Source: the human T2T-CHM13v2.0 reference genome, Homo sapiens
DNA: 64,000 nucleotides
NCBI RefSeq assembly: GCF_009914755.1
Contig: NC_060927.1
Strand: one strand, 5' to 3'
Below, piece by piece: positions 1 through 14,273 of the stretch. Position 1 is the stretch's first letter; the number at the start of each line of letters is the position of its first letter. Below the pieces are notes generated by a model. That model saw only the letters and a list, made by a program, of their open reading frames with translations, was not told the DNA's origin and ran no database searches. Made by a program: the position numbers and the translations under genes.

Positions 1-510
1 GGGAGCAGAGTTTTTAAGGACAACTTGGTGGGTAGCGGGAAGCCAGTGAGCCAGGAGTGCTGATTGGTCAGCGGTGAAATCAGAGTAGAAGCTGTCTTCT
101 TGCGCCGAGTCAGTTCCTGGGTGGGGGCCACAAGATCAGATGAGCCAGTTTACCGATCTTGGTGGTACCAGCTGATCAATCAAGTACAGGGTCTGCAAAA
201 TATCTCAAGCACTGATCTCAGCAGCAGTTTAGGGAGGGTCAGAATCTTGCAGCCTCCAGCTGCGTCACTCCTAAACCATAATTTCTAATCCTGTGGATAA
301 TGTTAGTCTAGTCCCCAGGCAAGAAGGAGATATGCTTTGGGAAAGGGCTGTTACCGTCCTTGTTTAAACTATAAACTACAAACTAAGTTTCTCCCAAAGT
401 TAGCTCAGCCTGTGCCCAGGAGTGAATAGACAGCTTGGAGGTTAGAAGCAAGGTGGAGTCAGTTAGATCTCTTTCACTGTCTCAGTCATAATTTTGCAAA
501 GGCAGTTTCA
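1..510 (-). mobile_element. LTR8 (ERV1) LTR, truncated by the window start
   Basis: Reverse complement from 510 reads TGAAACTGCCTTTGCAAAATTATGACTGAGACAGTGAAAGAGATCTAAC, matching the LTR8 5' end as I recall it. Confidence 0.85.
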
Positions 511-783
511 ACAGTCTTGTTCTGTCACCCAGGCTGGAGTACAATGGTGTGGTCAAGGCTTACTTCAGCCTCGACCTCCAGGGCTTAGTTGATCCTCCCA
601 CTTCTGCCTCCCAAGTAGCTGGAACTACTGGCATGCACCATCACTCTCAGCTAATTTATGTATTTTTTCTAGAGATGGGGTTTTGCCATGTTGCCCAGGC
701 TGGTCTCAAACTTTTGAGCTCAAGCCATCTGCCCTCCTTGGCCTCCCAAAATGTTGGGATTACAGGCGTGAGCCACCAGGCCT
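511..783 (-). mobile_element. AluJ; tail missing, body abuts the LTR8 5' end
   Basis: Antisense Alu dimer with J-type motifs (GATCCTCCCAC, TTGCCATGTTGCCCAGGC). Confidence 0.9.
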
Positions 784-1439
784 TGTCTCCTTTCTTTTTT
801 TTATAACTATTTGTTTATGAGTTATTTTTAAAAGATGATGCTACAGAGAGATATACAGATGCATGTAAGAGACACCTAAAATTTGACCTTTTACAGATCC
901 TAACATTTGGGTTAAGACTTTAAGAATTTTTTCTCTGCAAACACAATGCTTTTATATTTTTATGAAACTGGAATTATATAAGTATTAATATAATACTTTT
1001 TTCTTAAAAAGCTTACTATGCCATGTACATTGTTTATATTAATAAACTTAGTTGAATACTTAAGTAGTTTCCTTTTTTTTTTATTATTATGGTGAAAATG
1101 CTCCAGGGAACATTCTGGAACACTAGTTTCCATAATTGCTTGTGTTAAATAACTAGGTAGAATTACTGGGTCACCCTTAAGATTTAGACACATAGTATCA
1201 GATTGTCCTTAGGGAAGGCTTACAATTGTGTTTTCCACACCCTCCAATGTGCTTACTCAGAGAAGCCTTCCATGACAATAGCATTCCGAATCAAATTGTA
1301 TCACCTCTACCCCAAGGCTCTTTATTCTATTAACTTGTTCTGTATTTCTTTGCACTTATCGCCACTTGACATACTCGAGTATTCTTCTTGATATACTTGA
1401 CATTCTTGATATTTCACTTATCTCAGAGAGGTGTTCTGT

Positions 1440-1886
<447 letters not shown>

Positions 1887-2144
1887 TGACCCATTTTTAA
1901 CAGGAGATATTATCTTTCCTATTCTCCGTCATAGAGAGCCATATTCCAGTTGAATAGCAACATAAAATACAGTCATATGAGGACAGCATAGCCAATTAGT
2001 GTGTTCTGTTACACCTGCCTTCCATCCTTTCAGCCAGCTCTTCTTCAAATGTCCCAAATTTACTTACTTTAAATATGGAAATATTACTACTGTCAGGATG
2101 GCAAAGTTTTTATCCCGCCCCTGTAGTGGACATGACCTTGGATC

Positions 2145-2355
2145 TGGGATTGGCAAATGTTTTCTGTAAAAAGCCAGATCATAAATATTTTAGAGTTTTC
2201 TGGCCATACAGTATTTGTCACAACTACTCAGCTCTGCTTTTGTGAGAGCAGCCATTAACAATAGGCAAACAAATGTGTGTGACTGTGTTCCAATAAAACT
2301 TTACTTACAAAAACACCTAGTGGATGAGTTTTAGCTTTAGTTTGCTCACCCTTGC
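2145..2355 (+). mobile_element. MER58A-like hAT-Charlie MITE
   Basis: TTGGCAAATGTTTTCTGTAAA...CAACTACTCAGCTCTGC...TGTGTTCCAATAAAACTTTA...TAGTTTGC. Confidence 0.8.
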
Positions 2356-2411
2356 TTTAGAATCAGAATCTTAATTAGTTTTCAATAGTTCAATTTTATA
2401 AAGCATCGAGA

Positions 2412-2723
2412 GCATGTCTATCCAATGAAATGTATCCACAGCTATGGACAAATATGTAATTTTAAATTTTCTGGTAGCCACATTACAAAAAGTATAAAGA
2501 AACAGATGAACTTTATGTTAATACATTTTCTTTAGCCAAGTAAATTTGAAATATTATTTCAACATGTAGTCAATACAAAACATCATTAACGCAATATCTT
2601 ACAGCTATGTATGAAGTTTTTGAAATCTGGTGTGTATTTTGTACTTCTAGTACATCTCAATTCAGTCTAGCCACAATTTCAAGAGCTCTGTGTAGCTCCT
2701 GGCTACTGTATTGGACAGTGCAG
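2412..2723 (+). mobile_element. MER33-like hAT-Charlie MITE
   Basis: TAATTTTAAATTTTCTGGTAGCCACATT...GAAATCTGGTGTGTATTTT...GGCTACTGTATTGGACAGTGCAG. Confidence 0.8.
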
Positions 2724-2729
2724 ATTCGT

Positions 2730-2942
2730 AGCAGGTGTTTTCAACCTTGGCACTTCAGAGACTTTGAACAAAAACGTATTTGGTTAAGGGGGCAGCACAA
2801 CTCATGATAGGCTATTTAGCAGATGTCTTTGACAACTGTCTATTTGATGTGAGTAGTGCCTTCCCAGTTGTGAAGACCAAAAATATTTCAGACATTCTAA
2901 ATGTCCCCCAAGGGAAACATTGTACAGTCGGGAGCCATGTAT
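2730..2942 (-). mobile_element. MER20 (diverged)
   Basis: TTTCAACCTTGGCAC...CCCAGTTGTGAAGACCAAAAATATTTCAGACATT...AATGTCCCC matches antisense MER20. Confidence 0.7.
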
Positions 2943-2949
2943 CTAGAAT

Positions 2950-3108
2950 AAGGATTCTAAAACTAGGTCAGTGAATCCCCTGGAACTGAATACAACCTTT
3001 AGTGCCTATGTGATTTGGGTCAGGGGTGAAGTGGGGAGGAAAGGGTCTATGGCTTTCTATAACTCCTCAAAGGTGTCTGTGATCCAAAACAGGCTAAGAA
3101 TCACTGAC
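2950..3108. mobile_element. MER103-like hAT-Charlie fragment
   Basis: GGGTCTATGGCTTT...CTCAAAGGTGTCTGTGATCCAAAACAGGCTAAGAATCACTG. Confidence 0.55.
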
Positions 3109-4175
3109 TGAATAGAAAGAGATGTTAAATTATGCCACTATATGCATATCGCCAATTAGTTCACACCCTAAATACAAGCATTTGCCTGTATTCTTTCAAA
3201 ATGAAATAAATTCCCATAATGACCTCCCCAAACTTTGATCTTTCTGAACTGTACCATTGCTTTTCTGTCTTGATTCCTTAGTGTTGGAGTACTGACTTTG
3301 AACATTTCTCTTCAAGCATTACTTAGCAAGAAAATCCATGAAGGGGTAGATTCTAGTTAAAATATTGCAGTAATGGAGAGGGATTATGTGTAACATTTTA
3401 GCAACAGGAGAGTCGTTATTATTTAACTCTTAAGTTGGCAAAATGGAAAGATAATGAGATTGGGAGTCAAGAAACTCACATCTTCTAGGCAGCTGTGTGA
3501 CCTAGGCTGAGTGAGAATGACCCCCATCCTTTCTCAGAGGGCTCTGAGAAGGAAGGGAGATAACTGGTACAGAGAATAGTAACGTTATTTCCTAAAATAG
3601 TTGTTCTGATTCACACTCAAAAGTCTGCTTGCCTATGTCAATCTGCAAACACAGACTGGAGTAGTTTAACTATGATGACAAGGATAATGAAGGTAAGCTA
3701 TAATTAGCTTTTCCTATTTCCTCTAGATGGTATAAAATATTAGGAAGAGTTGATAAAATCATTAGAATATAAACTATCTCTAGTGGATGTGAGCATCTGA
3801 AAACAAAGGTCCTTAACCATCGGCTCCAGTCCCAGGTGATTATTTTCACTGTAATGATACATGCTCTCCCCAAATCTGTGATGCAGGGATGAGGAGACTC
3901 ACATTCTTTTTGTGCAGTTAAAATTTGTGCACTTTGAATCTGAATTAACTGTGGGTTCTGTGGTTGGATATTACTAAGAGACTTCTAACTATCTGTCCTA
4001 ATTGAAATACTTTCCTCAATACCAACACATTTCTGTGCCCAAACTGGCTTCCTTGTTTAGTCACATAGATATACCTACTTCTTACTCACTCTCCCAGAGC
4101 AAGTTGAGCCACCCTTTGGGCCACAGTTCACATTCAGGAAGGGCTTAGACTATTGATATATAATTTTAGACTTTT

Positions 4176-5193
<1,018 letters not shown>

Positions 5194-5705
5194 GCAACTG
5201 CATTTTAATGCTATCATATTTTCTCTACAAATTCATACTTATTGTCAGAGAGATGTATTGACAGGATTGAAGAAGAATGACGTCATCATATACTTTCATA
5301 CCTGTGACCTAGTTCTGGAGCACCCTTCTCTTAGTACACTTAGAGCTAGATTTTTAAAAATAGTCTCTGTAATCATCTTACAAATAAGACAATTATATTG
5401 CATTTGTGTCAAAATTATTAACAGGAAAACAGACTCCAATTTCAGAAACAAAATATACCACTAAATATAACTTGGCATTTCTTTATATTTTAATATATCA
5501 AGATCCTCAAGAATTTAGAGGGAGTCTGGTCCTCTCTTGATGGCTGACAGGTTTGTCTTCCCCTTCAGACCCAAAGGGAAGTGAGGACATGGATGGATGC
5601 TAAAAGGAAGACCCCGGTGGGAGGTGGGGGAAAGCAATGTAGGAGATCAGAAAGGAAACAGAGAGGGCCCAGGGACACAGCATCCTGAGGAGGTCAAGAT
5701 AAGAC

Positions 5706-5707
<2 letters not shown>

Positions 5708-5752
<45 letters not shown>
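5708..5752. repeat. (TAT)15 microsatellite derived from an Alu tail
   Basis: Perfect TAT run; explains the poly-Tyr stretch in the ORF track. Confidence 0.95.
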
Positions 5753-5753
<1 letters not shown>

Positions 5754-5941
5754 TGAGGCAGCGTGTCACTCTGTTGCCCAGGCTGGAGTGCAGTGGCGTG
5801 ATCTCAGCTCATTGCAACCTCCACCTCCTGGGTACAGGCCATTCTCCTGCTTCAGCCTCCTAAATTGCTGGGCCACCATGTTACCCAGGCTGGTCTTGAA
5901 CTCCTGGCCTCAAGTCATCCACCTGCCTTGGCCTTCCAAAG
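5708..5941 (-). mobile_element. 5'-truncated Alu with internal deletion of the linker
   Basis: Right arm joins left arm at CCACCATG; TSD AAGACTTTA on both sides. Confidence 0.9.
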
Positions 5942-6461
5942 AAAAGACTTTAAAATAAGAAAGAAAATAAATGACCCACAGTATGACTAGGACATCCAAA
6001 GCTAGACATTTGTCATGTGAAAAACATCAGTATCCTCAGGGCACATTCATATTAACAGGCAGGATAACTGGCATCTCCTCAATGCCCAGGACCTGCGCAT
6101 TTGGGGATATGTCATTCCTTCCAGCTAAACAGGAAATAATACCATAAAGGAGTTTGATACAACAGGGAAAGGGTGAGGATACAGCCTGAAGATTCTAAAA
6201 TGCCTGCCCAATATCTTCCTGCCAAGTCATTATAATCTCCTGTGGCTCTCGGTCTTTTTCCAGCCTTACTTTAAAGGCAAACAACCTTTTTCTCTAGCAT
6301 TTTATGACCATACAGTGTAAAACCAAGTACAGTCTAAAGCCTTTGTGGTTTTATTCCCAACTATTGGGCTCTTAAAAAGTTTGGGCTCATATGTTCAAAA
6401 GGCCTGAGAATTGAAACAGAAGACACTTTGAATTTTACTGGATTGAACACTCCATGAAGTT

Positions 6462-6480
6462 TTGCCACTGGAGGGCACCA
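6462..6480 (+). promoter_or_regulatory. Candidate CTCF site
   Basis: TTGCCACTGGAGGGCACCA matches CCASYAGRKGGCRS with one mismatch, in non-repeat sequence. Confidence 0.4.
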
Positions 6481-6858
6481 GTCAACAATATTAGATGCCA
6501 ACCATTATTCCTGTCTAAAGTTTTTTCCTAGGAACTTGACTATGGAGTCTAAATAGAGTCCTGTTTCACAGATTAAAGTGGAGCCACTTTATCCTTTCAT
6601 AATTCAGGATTTCAAAGACCAATTTCTTAGAATAATTGGAAATCACAACATTTCATACTCATTTCTGGAATCAATATTTTTAGCCCAGTTCACATTAACC
6701 TAGTAGGTTCCCTCTCAAAAGAAATGACAGGGGAATATTTACCTATAATCGTTTGGCAATTACCGTTTATCATAAGAGGAGATCTGCATGGTCTGACCAC
6801 AGGAAATGTTGAGTTTAGTAGCGTTTAAGGAATGGTCAAATTCAATACAAATATTTAA

Positions 6859-7261
<403 letters not shown>

Positions 7262-7961
7262 TCCCCCCTCAATTTAACATCTAGCCATATCATTCTTGTG
7301 TATGAATATTATTATGGGAATAATCAAATCATCCTCTCTGTCTCTATAGGATACCCCATGGTTCTCCTACCACCAGATGCTACTGAGGCTAAACTGACTG
7401 GACTGAGGAAAAATATCTGTGGGGAAAACTTTCTTTCAGAATCCAACTTTGAACCAGAGAAATCCATTCTCTTGAAGCTGTCTGCTGTGGAGAAGTTGGC
7501 CTTACCAATCTGCCTTTGAAGTTCAAGTTATACAGGTTTGCATTTTTTCCTTATTTTACTCTACACTCTCCACTCTATTTTTCAGATGACTACCTGCTTG
7601 TCTTCATGTATTATAATTATTGTTGTTCTGCTTATTATTTCTGCTTACCAGTTTTCTTGGCTCTTTCTAGTTTTTGCTACTCACCTCAGTCTGAACCCAT
7701 ATAAATCTTGGACAGACTAAAATTGCACAGTGGGATCATTTCATTCACATGAGTTTGCCAATATGTGGGTATTAACAGGCAAAGGTGGCTGAGGATGGCG
7801 ATTTGGGTATTAACTGGTAGCGGTGTCCCTGTGTGTGCTATTTTCAAAGTTTTTGCTGATACTGTAGCATTGGCTCTTATATAACTCAATATCCTCCTAC
7901 GTGAGAAATTTCTTTTGGTCTACATGTAGGAACTTTGTCTTTAAAAAATCTATTATCTCTC

Positions 7962-8175
7962 TGAAAACACATGGACGTATAGAGGGGAACAGCACACACT
8001 GGGTCCTATCAGAGGGTGGAAGGTGGGAGGAGGGAAAGCATCAGGAAAAATAACTAATGGGTACTAGGCTTAATGCCTGGGTGGGTGATAAAATAACCTG
8101 TACAACAAACTGCTGTGACACAAGCTTACCTATATAACAAGCCTGTACATGTATCCTGGACTTAAAAGTTAAAAA
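7962..8175 (+). mobile_element. L1PA13-16-type 3' UTR fragment
   Basis: L1 3' end (GGGTACTAGGCTTAATGCCTGGGTG...CTTAAAAGTTAAAAAAAA); TSD AAAAA(T)CTAT(T/C)ATCTCTC. Confidence 0.85.
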
Positions 8176-8189
8176 AAACTATCATCTCT

Positions 8190-8790
8190 CAGCTACCTCA
8201 CAGGGATGTTTTGACATTATATGAATTATGTTAATTAGTGCCAGGACAGTGCCAGGTGCAGACAGTCTCAATAAATATGAGTTTCTTCTCTACTTCTTAT
8301 TTCTATTTCCTTTTTTTCTTGGTGCCTAGAGACAGATTTTATATCAGAGCAACTGTATTGACCAGAATGACAATTCATTTGCTTTACTCCTCTTTTCTCA
8401 AGCTTGCTATTTTACCATATTGTTCTTCTCTTGAAAAAACATTTTTTTAAAGTCGTCTAAATGATTAGGGGCAGAAATAAGTATCTGAAGAAGGAATGTG
8501 GTAGCCCCTCCTGGGATGTGGAATCCTGAACAACCCCCAACATGAGAGATCCTTCATGAGAGATTGGGTCAACATGGTATTCTTTCAGGGGAAATCTGTG
8601 CCCATATAAATGAATCGTAGCACAGACCTGAGTTCAGATCCTTGCCTTGGCATTTACAACTTGGGTAAACTTGAGTAGAGGGAGAATGAAGAGTTTTGGA
8701 ACTCCTTTCTCTCAGCTGTACAATGGAGACTAATAACGCTTACCCAATGATATTCCTATGAAGACTCAATAAAATAATAAAAATGTGCTT
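8190..8790 (+). mobile_element. Two MIR fragments (about 8190-8285 and 8620-8790)
   Basis: MIR core and tail motifs (CTACCTCACAGGGATGTT, AGACCTGAGTTCAGATCC, CTGTACAATGGAGACTAATAA). Confidence 0.65.
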
Positions 8791-9629
8791 GATATCATTG
8801 TTTTTGTTGTTGTTGTTGTTACTCAACTAGATGGTTACCAAAGGATTGTCTGACTCTGGAGATTTTATAAATGGGATTGCCTAAAATGATAGGTCTGCCC
8901 ATGATAACCCTTAAACAGCCCCTCTGCTTCACCCAGCTGCTCATCTTCCTGGCCATGCACACATCTTATGCCCCTCTGCACTGGTACTGCAGCTCATAGG
9001 ATTCCTCCTCATTGGAATCTACAGAGATGATTGACCTCATCTCTCTAAGTCTTTCCCATTGTCTTGAGTCCAACTGACATCATAATTCTACAAAGCATCC
9101 TTGTCCCAGAGCAAGAGAACCTGATCTCTATTTCCTATGAATGTTTATCATTCTATTTCCTTCTTGCCGGGTGCAGCTTCCCTGGTTCACTACAAGCCAG
9201 GTTCGTTATTTGACTGGCTGTGCTACATGGCATCAGTGAAACACTTACCACAAGACAACTCCTTGACGGTAGAGCCTCTGGCTTTTTCATCTCGATATAC
9301 CACATACCTAATTCAATGCCTAGCAGAGAAGTCACTCAAAAAACACTGTAAGAATAAGGAAACCACTTATTTGATATTGTTATATATATATATATGTATG
9401 TATTTTATGTGCCCATAAGATACTTTGAAGTTCTTTGAAGTCAAGTACTTACACAGAACATTAATGTTAAAAACGAAATTTGGGAAGAATAAAAGCCAGA
9501 CATTATGTCCTTTTTGGTGGAAGAATACACTACCTATGATGTAGCTTGTCAAAAGGATTGATCCTGAATCTCATCAAGCTTTAGATCCAGCCACAATTTA
9601 TAGAAAATACAAAGAATAGAGAAACACGT

Positions 9630-9995
9630 TGATATGGTTGATATTGGCTCTGTGTCCCCACCCAAATCTCATCTTGAATTGTAATCCCCAAGTGTTGAGG
9701 GAAGGATCTGGTGGGAGGTGATTAGATCATGGCGGCAGTTTTTCCCATGCTGTTTTTATGACAGTGAGGGAGTTCTTACAAGATCTGATGGTTTAAAAGT
9801 GGCAGTTTGCCCTGCACTCTCTCTCCTGCTGCCATGTAAGATGTGCCTTGCTTCCCCTTCACCTTCTGCCATGATTAGAACTTTCCTGAGGCCTCTCCAG
9901 CCATGTGAAGCTATGAGTCAATTCAACCTCTTTTGTTTATAAGTTACCCAGTTTCAGGTAGTATCTTTATAGCAGTGTGAAAATGGACTAATACA
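9630..9995 (+). mobile_element. THE1D-like MaLR solo LTR
   Basis: TGATATGG...CTCTGTGTCCCCACCCAAATCTCATC...GGACTAATACA; 5 bp TSD CACGT/CATAT (CpG decay). Confidence 0.88.
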
Positions 9996-10238
9996 CATAT
10001 TAATGACAACAAGAGGTTGCAATCCTCAAAATTCAGACTGTGGAACATTCCACTATAGTGGTTAAACTGTCCCTTGACTGTTTTTGTACACCCTCAAGCT
10101 AAAAATGGTTAAAAGATGGTTTTAAATTTTATTGCTCTATTTTATGTATGTATGTATGTATGTATTTAAATTTTTAAAAGTTTGAAAAAATAAACAATAG
10201 ATGACACAGATGCTTGCTCTATAGGATTAACATTCCAA

Positions 10239-10537
10239 CTTTTTTTTTTTTTTTTTGAGACAGAGTCTTGCTCTGTGGTTCAGCCTGGAGTGCAGTGGTG
10301 TGATCTTGGCTCACTGCAGCCTCTGTCTCTTGGGTTCGAGCGATTATCCTGCAGCAGCTTCCAAGTAGCTGGGACTACAGGCACACACTACCACACCTGG
10401 CTAATTTTTGTATTTTTAGTAGAGATAGGGTTTTACCATGTTGGCCAGGCTGGTCTTGAACTCCTGACATCAAGTCATCTGCCTGCCTCAGCCTCCCAAA
10501 GTGCTGGGATTACAGGCGTGAGCCACCGTACCCGTCC
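10239..10537 (-). mobile_element. AluS
   Basis: Full antisense Alu; degenerate TSD AACA..CCAACTTT. Confidence 0.95.
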
Positions 10538-11349
10538 AACAACCCAACTTTTATGACAAATAAATTGCAAATGAAAGGAGAGATTAAAAGAGACTGAAGT
10601 CATAGATCAACTGGTTGCAATGAATTGATTTTACTTAGATTCTGATGCAAACTAAAGAACCATAAAATAGAAAAAGAAACATTCATAACATTTATGATAC
10701 AATTGATGATATTTAATAATATTGATATAATCAATGATATTTTATGTCTGATAATGGCTTGAAATTTATGTTTATTAAAAATAGTCCTTATCTTTTAGAT
10801 AAACGTACTGAAATATTTATGGATGATGCTGTGTGGGATTTGCTTCCCAGTAATAAGGGAAAGAAAGCAGATTTGGTTTTGGATTAAAGCAAGATTGTCC
10901 ATGAGTTGCTAATTTTTGTAACTGGTGACTTATTTATGAAGTTTATTATATTCTTCTGTCTATTATTTCTTCTATGTTTGAAATTCTATGTAATAAAAAG
11001 TTCAAGAAAAAAATGAACAAATTTCAGAGTTCTATCTGGGCTGATTCCAGCCAAAATACCTCTGTCATGGCACTGGATTTTTCTGATCTCAGTTTCCTTA
11101 TCTGTAAAATGGATATTATAATAGTGCCTACTTCATATGGTTATTGTGAAAACTATCTGAGCTAATGTATATGCAGCTCTTAATGCTTAGTACATAATGA
11201 AGCATTCAATTATTCTTAAATAGTGTTGCTGCTGCTGCTGTTAGTACTTTAACTCTCAGAAGGTGTTGCTATTTATGAATATTAGTTGCTGAGATGGTAA
11301 AGGAGGATAAGACAATAGAATTTTTATTGGGAAAACAGCTAGTATAATT

Positions 11350-11468
11350 ATTGCAATCTACAGGTAACTGGAGACTCTGTAGTTCCCATCTTCCCCAACT
11401 GCAGTGTCCCTAAGGGGAGTGGGAGAGGATGGGAACCACACAGCCTCCAGTTACTTGTAGATTGCAAT
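11350..11468. repeat. Long inverted repeat (51 bp arms, 17 nt loop); possible palindromic MITE
   Basis: Arm 11350-11400 versus the reverse complement of 11418-11468: 44/51 identical. Confidence 0.9.
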
Positions 11469-12026
11469 GACTATTCTGGACCAAGTTGTCAAACCTTATA
11501 ATAGCCTAGTGTGGGGCAAGCTGTCTAGCTGGGCACTGAGCTTTTCCAATCAGGAATGTCACCTAGTAACCTGAAGGTCAGGGAGAGAGCAATACAATCA
11601 AACACTCAAACCAAACCTAAGAGCCATTTATTAAACTCAGCTTTATAATAATTTTTGATTATTGATGAGAAGTGTATTGCCAGAATAAAGACTATCTAAT
11701 ACAGGCTTAAGGGGGAAAATAACTTGAAAAGTAATTTATCAAATCCTTATTGAATATTACCATTTCAGGGAGGCAATATACCACAATAATTTATAGCAGC
11801 ACTATCCATAGTGCTGGTCTTTGATGAGATAAACAGCTCGCTCCAAAATGAAAATCCACACATTGCTTCCTTACTAAAAAAGTCTTGCTATTGAAAAAAA
11901 AAATGTCATTTGAAGTAAACAGTATGCTTAGTGACATAGTTGATTTGCATGCTGGCACAAGCTCCTTATGTTCATAGTCTGTTAACTAGAGCATAGTCTA
12001 CGTTTTTGAGTGAAAGTAGTTTAGAG

Positions 12027-12226
12027 CAGTGGTTCTCAACCAGAGGCCGTTTTGCCCCCCAGAGGTCATCTGGCAGTGTCCGGAGACATTTCTTATTGTC
12101 ACAACTGAGTGGGAGGTGCTGTGGCATCCAGTGGATAGAAGCCAAGGATGACCTACATTGTAGTGTCCTTCACAACAACGGAATATTCCACCCAAATGAC
12201 AATACTGATGAGGTCGAGAAACCCTC
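12027..12226 (+). mobile_element. MER20 hAT-Charlie MITE
   Basis: CAGTGGTTCTCAACC...TTTTGCCCCCCAGAGG...GGAGACATTT...GTCACAACTG...GAGGTCGAGAAACCCT. Confidence 0.88.
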
Positions 12227-13647
12227 TTTTAAAGCATATCTTTAGAGTCAGAGATGGGAATCGAACTCCAGCTCTGCCATCTACAAACAGTGTGACCTTG
12301 AGCAAGACGGTTTTATCTCTCTGTAAACACCAGCTTACAGGATTGTTGTGCAGATGAAGTGAGCAAACACAGACAGACCATTTAACATAGACGAAGATCA
12401 GGTTCTCAGTGTTTTGGGCAGCTGTGTATACTTCTTAGACATAGCCCTTGTCCTGGTTACTCATGAATTGTCATTCAAGGACTCACTATGTTAATGGCCA
12501 AGATACAGCATTTTTGTTTGCTTTCTTTCCTCTCTCTTTCATTCTTTGATAACAATTGGCAATGGGTTCTCTGAAATCTTTTATTTTGAGGACCTAAAAT
12601 GCAAATGTATTTCACTTGTTGCTGAAGATGAATGCCAAACAAAACCAAGCCAAACCTTGACTTTGATTTTTTGAAAGATAAACCTTATTGTCAGAAAGAG
12701 CTGTGCCATAAACAAAGCTGGGGAATTCACTTGAAACTCCTCTTTTTATCCCTTAGGATGAAGTATGACACATGCCTAAGAGCTTAATGGTTTACAATTT
12801 GGGACTCCTACTGTGTCCTTCTTTTTGCTGATGATTTTATGATTCTTTTACACACAACATGATAGATCCTTGAGTATCCTGAGCTTTCAATCTTTATGCT
12901 TATTTTTTTGCAGTTTGAGTGAAACCTTTCAGACAGAGCTGTGAAGATGTGGTTCTTAAATAAAATATTTTTCTACTGTGCTAATAACTCATACATTCTC
13001 TACGTTTCTCTTCTATACTCAGGGTCAGTGGGATATGCCCATTTTTCTTAATTCTATCTTGCCTGTTTTTTTCAGGCTTCCAACAGCTTTTTATGAAGGC
13101 ACAGCATGGCTTGTTCCAGGTGCTGGCATTTGGGGAGGGCTGAGGATTGCAGAGGGGGAGGGGATACTTTCTCATCCTTTTTCCATCATTCTATTGACAA
13201 TAGCCTTTTAATGATTTGAAAACTCTTTGTAAATGCCCTAACAACATGTAATATTGCATTACAAACCCACATAGGAGACACAATTCAGACAATAAAAGCA
13301 GTAACACACTTTTGTCCTGCTGCTAAGTTTTAATGGAATGTATTTTATTGAGATCTAATGTAGTTTTTCACCAGAGAAGCCATCTACTTGCTGAATTGCC
13401 ACATCTCTGGAGTTGACATTCTTCCTGAAAAACATGGGATGTTTGCATTTCTGGGTCAGGTGGGAAGACTGTAGTGTCAGAATAGAAAATGTTGCAGATT
13501 TCAAGTATGAACATGTGACCTCATTTGTGTATACATGCCACCATGGTCTTCCTGGGCCCAACTGGGCAGTCAGTAGACAGCGGTGCCTATTCAAAGCTGT
13601 TGTTTTTCTTAAGACTTTTGGTCAATATAATACAGCCCAGTTAATAT

Positions 13648-14273
13648 TGTAGAAGCCAAGGGAACATTTCCCCTTTGCCCTCTGAAAATTCACTGAAAAT
13701 CACTGACAAAAGGTAGACTAATAGGAGAAAAGGCATACAAATTTATTCAATCAAACTTTTACATGGCATAGGAGCCTTCAGAATGAAGACCAAAACGTGC
13801 AGGGGAAGCTGTCCATTTTTATGCTTAGAATCAACAAAGTTGCAGCAGCTGTGTAGAAATATGATTGGATAAAAAAAAAATGATTTAGTGCTAACGGGTT
13901 GAGTGGAGATCCCAGCATGGTCTGTCTGTCTAGATTCTTCTTGGCCTCTCTATGCAACATGTCATCCTTCTGGGTGTGGGGTGGAAGGTCTTATGACCTA
14001 TAATTAAACAAGATAGGCCAGATAATTTCTTTATGGCCAGTTTTTGCACAGAAAGGAAAGCACAAAAGTTAAAGTAATATTTTAGATTTTACGGCTGGCT
14101 TTGGGAAAAAGGGGTTCTGGAGTCTATGACCACCTTGCAGAAGAGGGATTCTAGTTTCTATGGCTAGCCTTGAGGGAGAATCCGACTGAGAGACAGGAAG
14201 GCAGGGGAAGGTTGGAAAGAATCTTTTGCTTCTGAGGCCTTCATTTTGGGGTATCATCTTCTGACCTCTAACA
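13648..14273 (-). mobile_element. MER4-group ERV1 solo LTR (MER4D/E-like)
   Basis: TG...CA termini, 4 bp TSD ATAT; reverse complement starts TGTTAGAGGTCAGAAGATGATACCCCAAAATGAAGGCCTCAGAAGC. Confidence 0.8.

Larger units (their letters stand above)
9520..11010 (+). mobile_element. Old L1M (L1MC/ME-type) 3' region interrupted by THE1D, a hAT fragment and an Alu
   Basis: CCTGAATCTCATCAAGC...AAATTCAGACTGTGG...CCTTATCTTTTAGATAAACGTACTGAAATATTTATGGATGA...TATGTTTGAAATTCTATGTAATAAAA. Confidence 0.7.
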
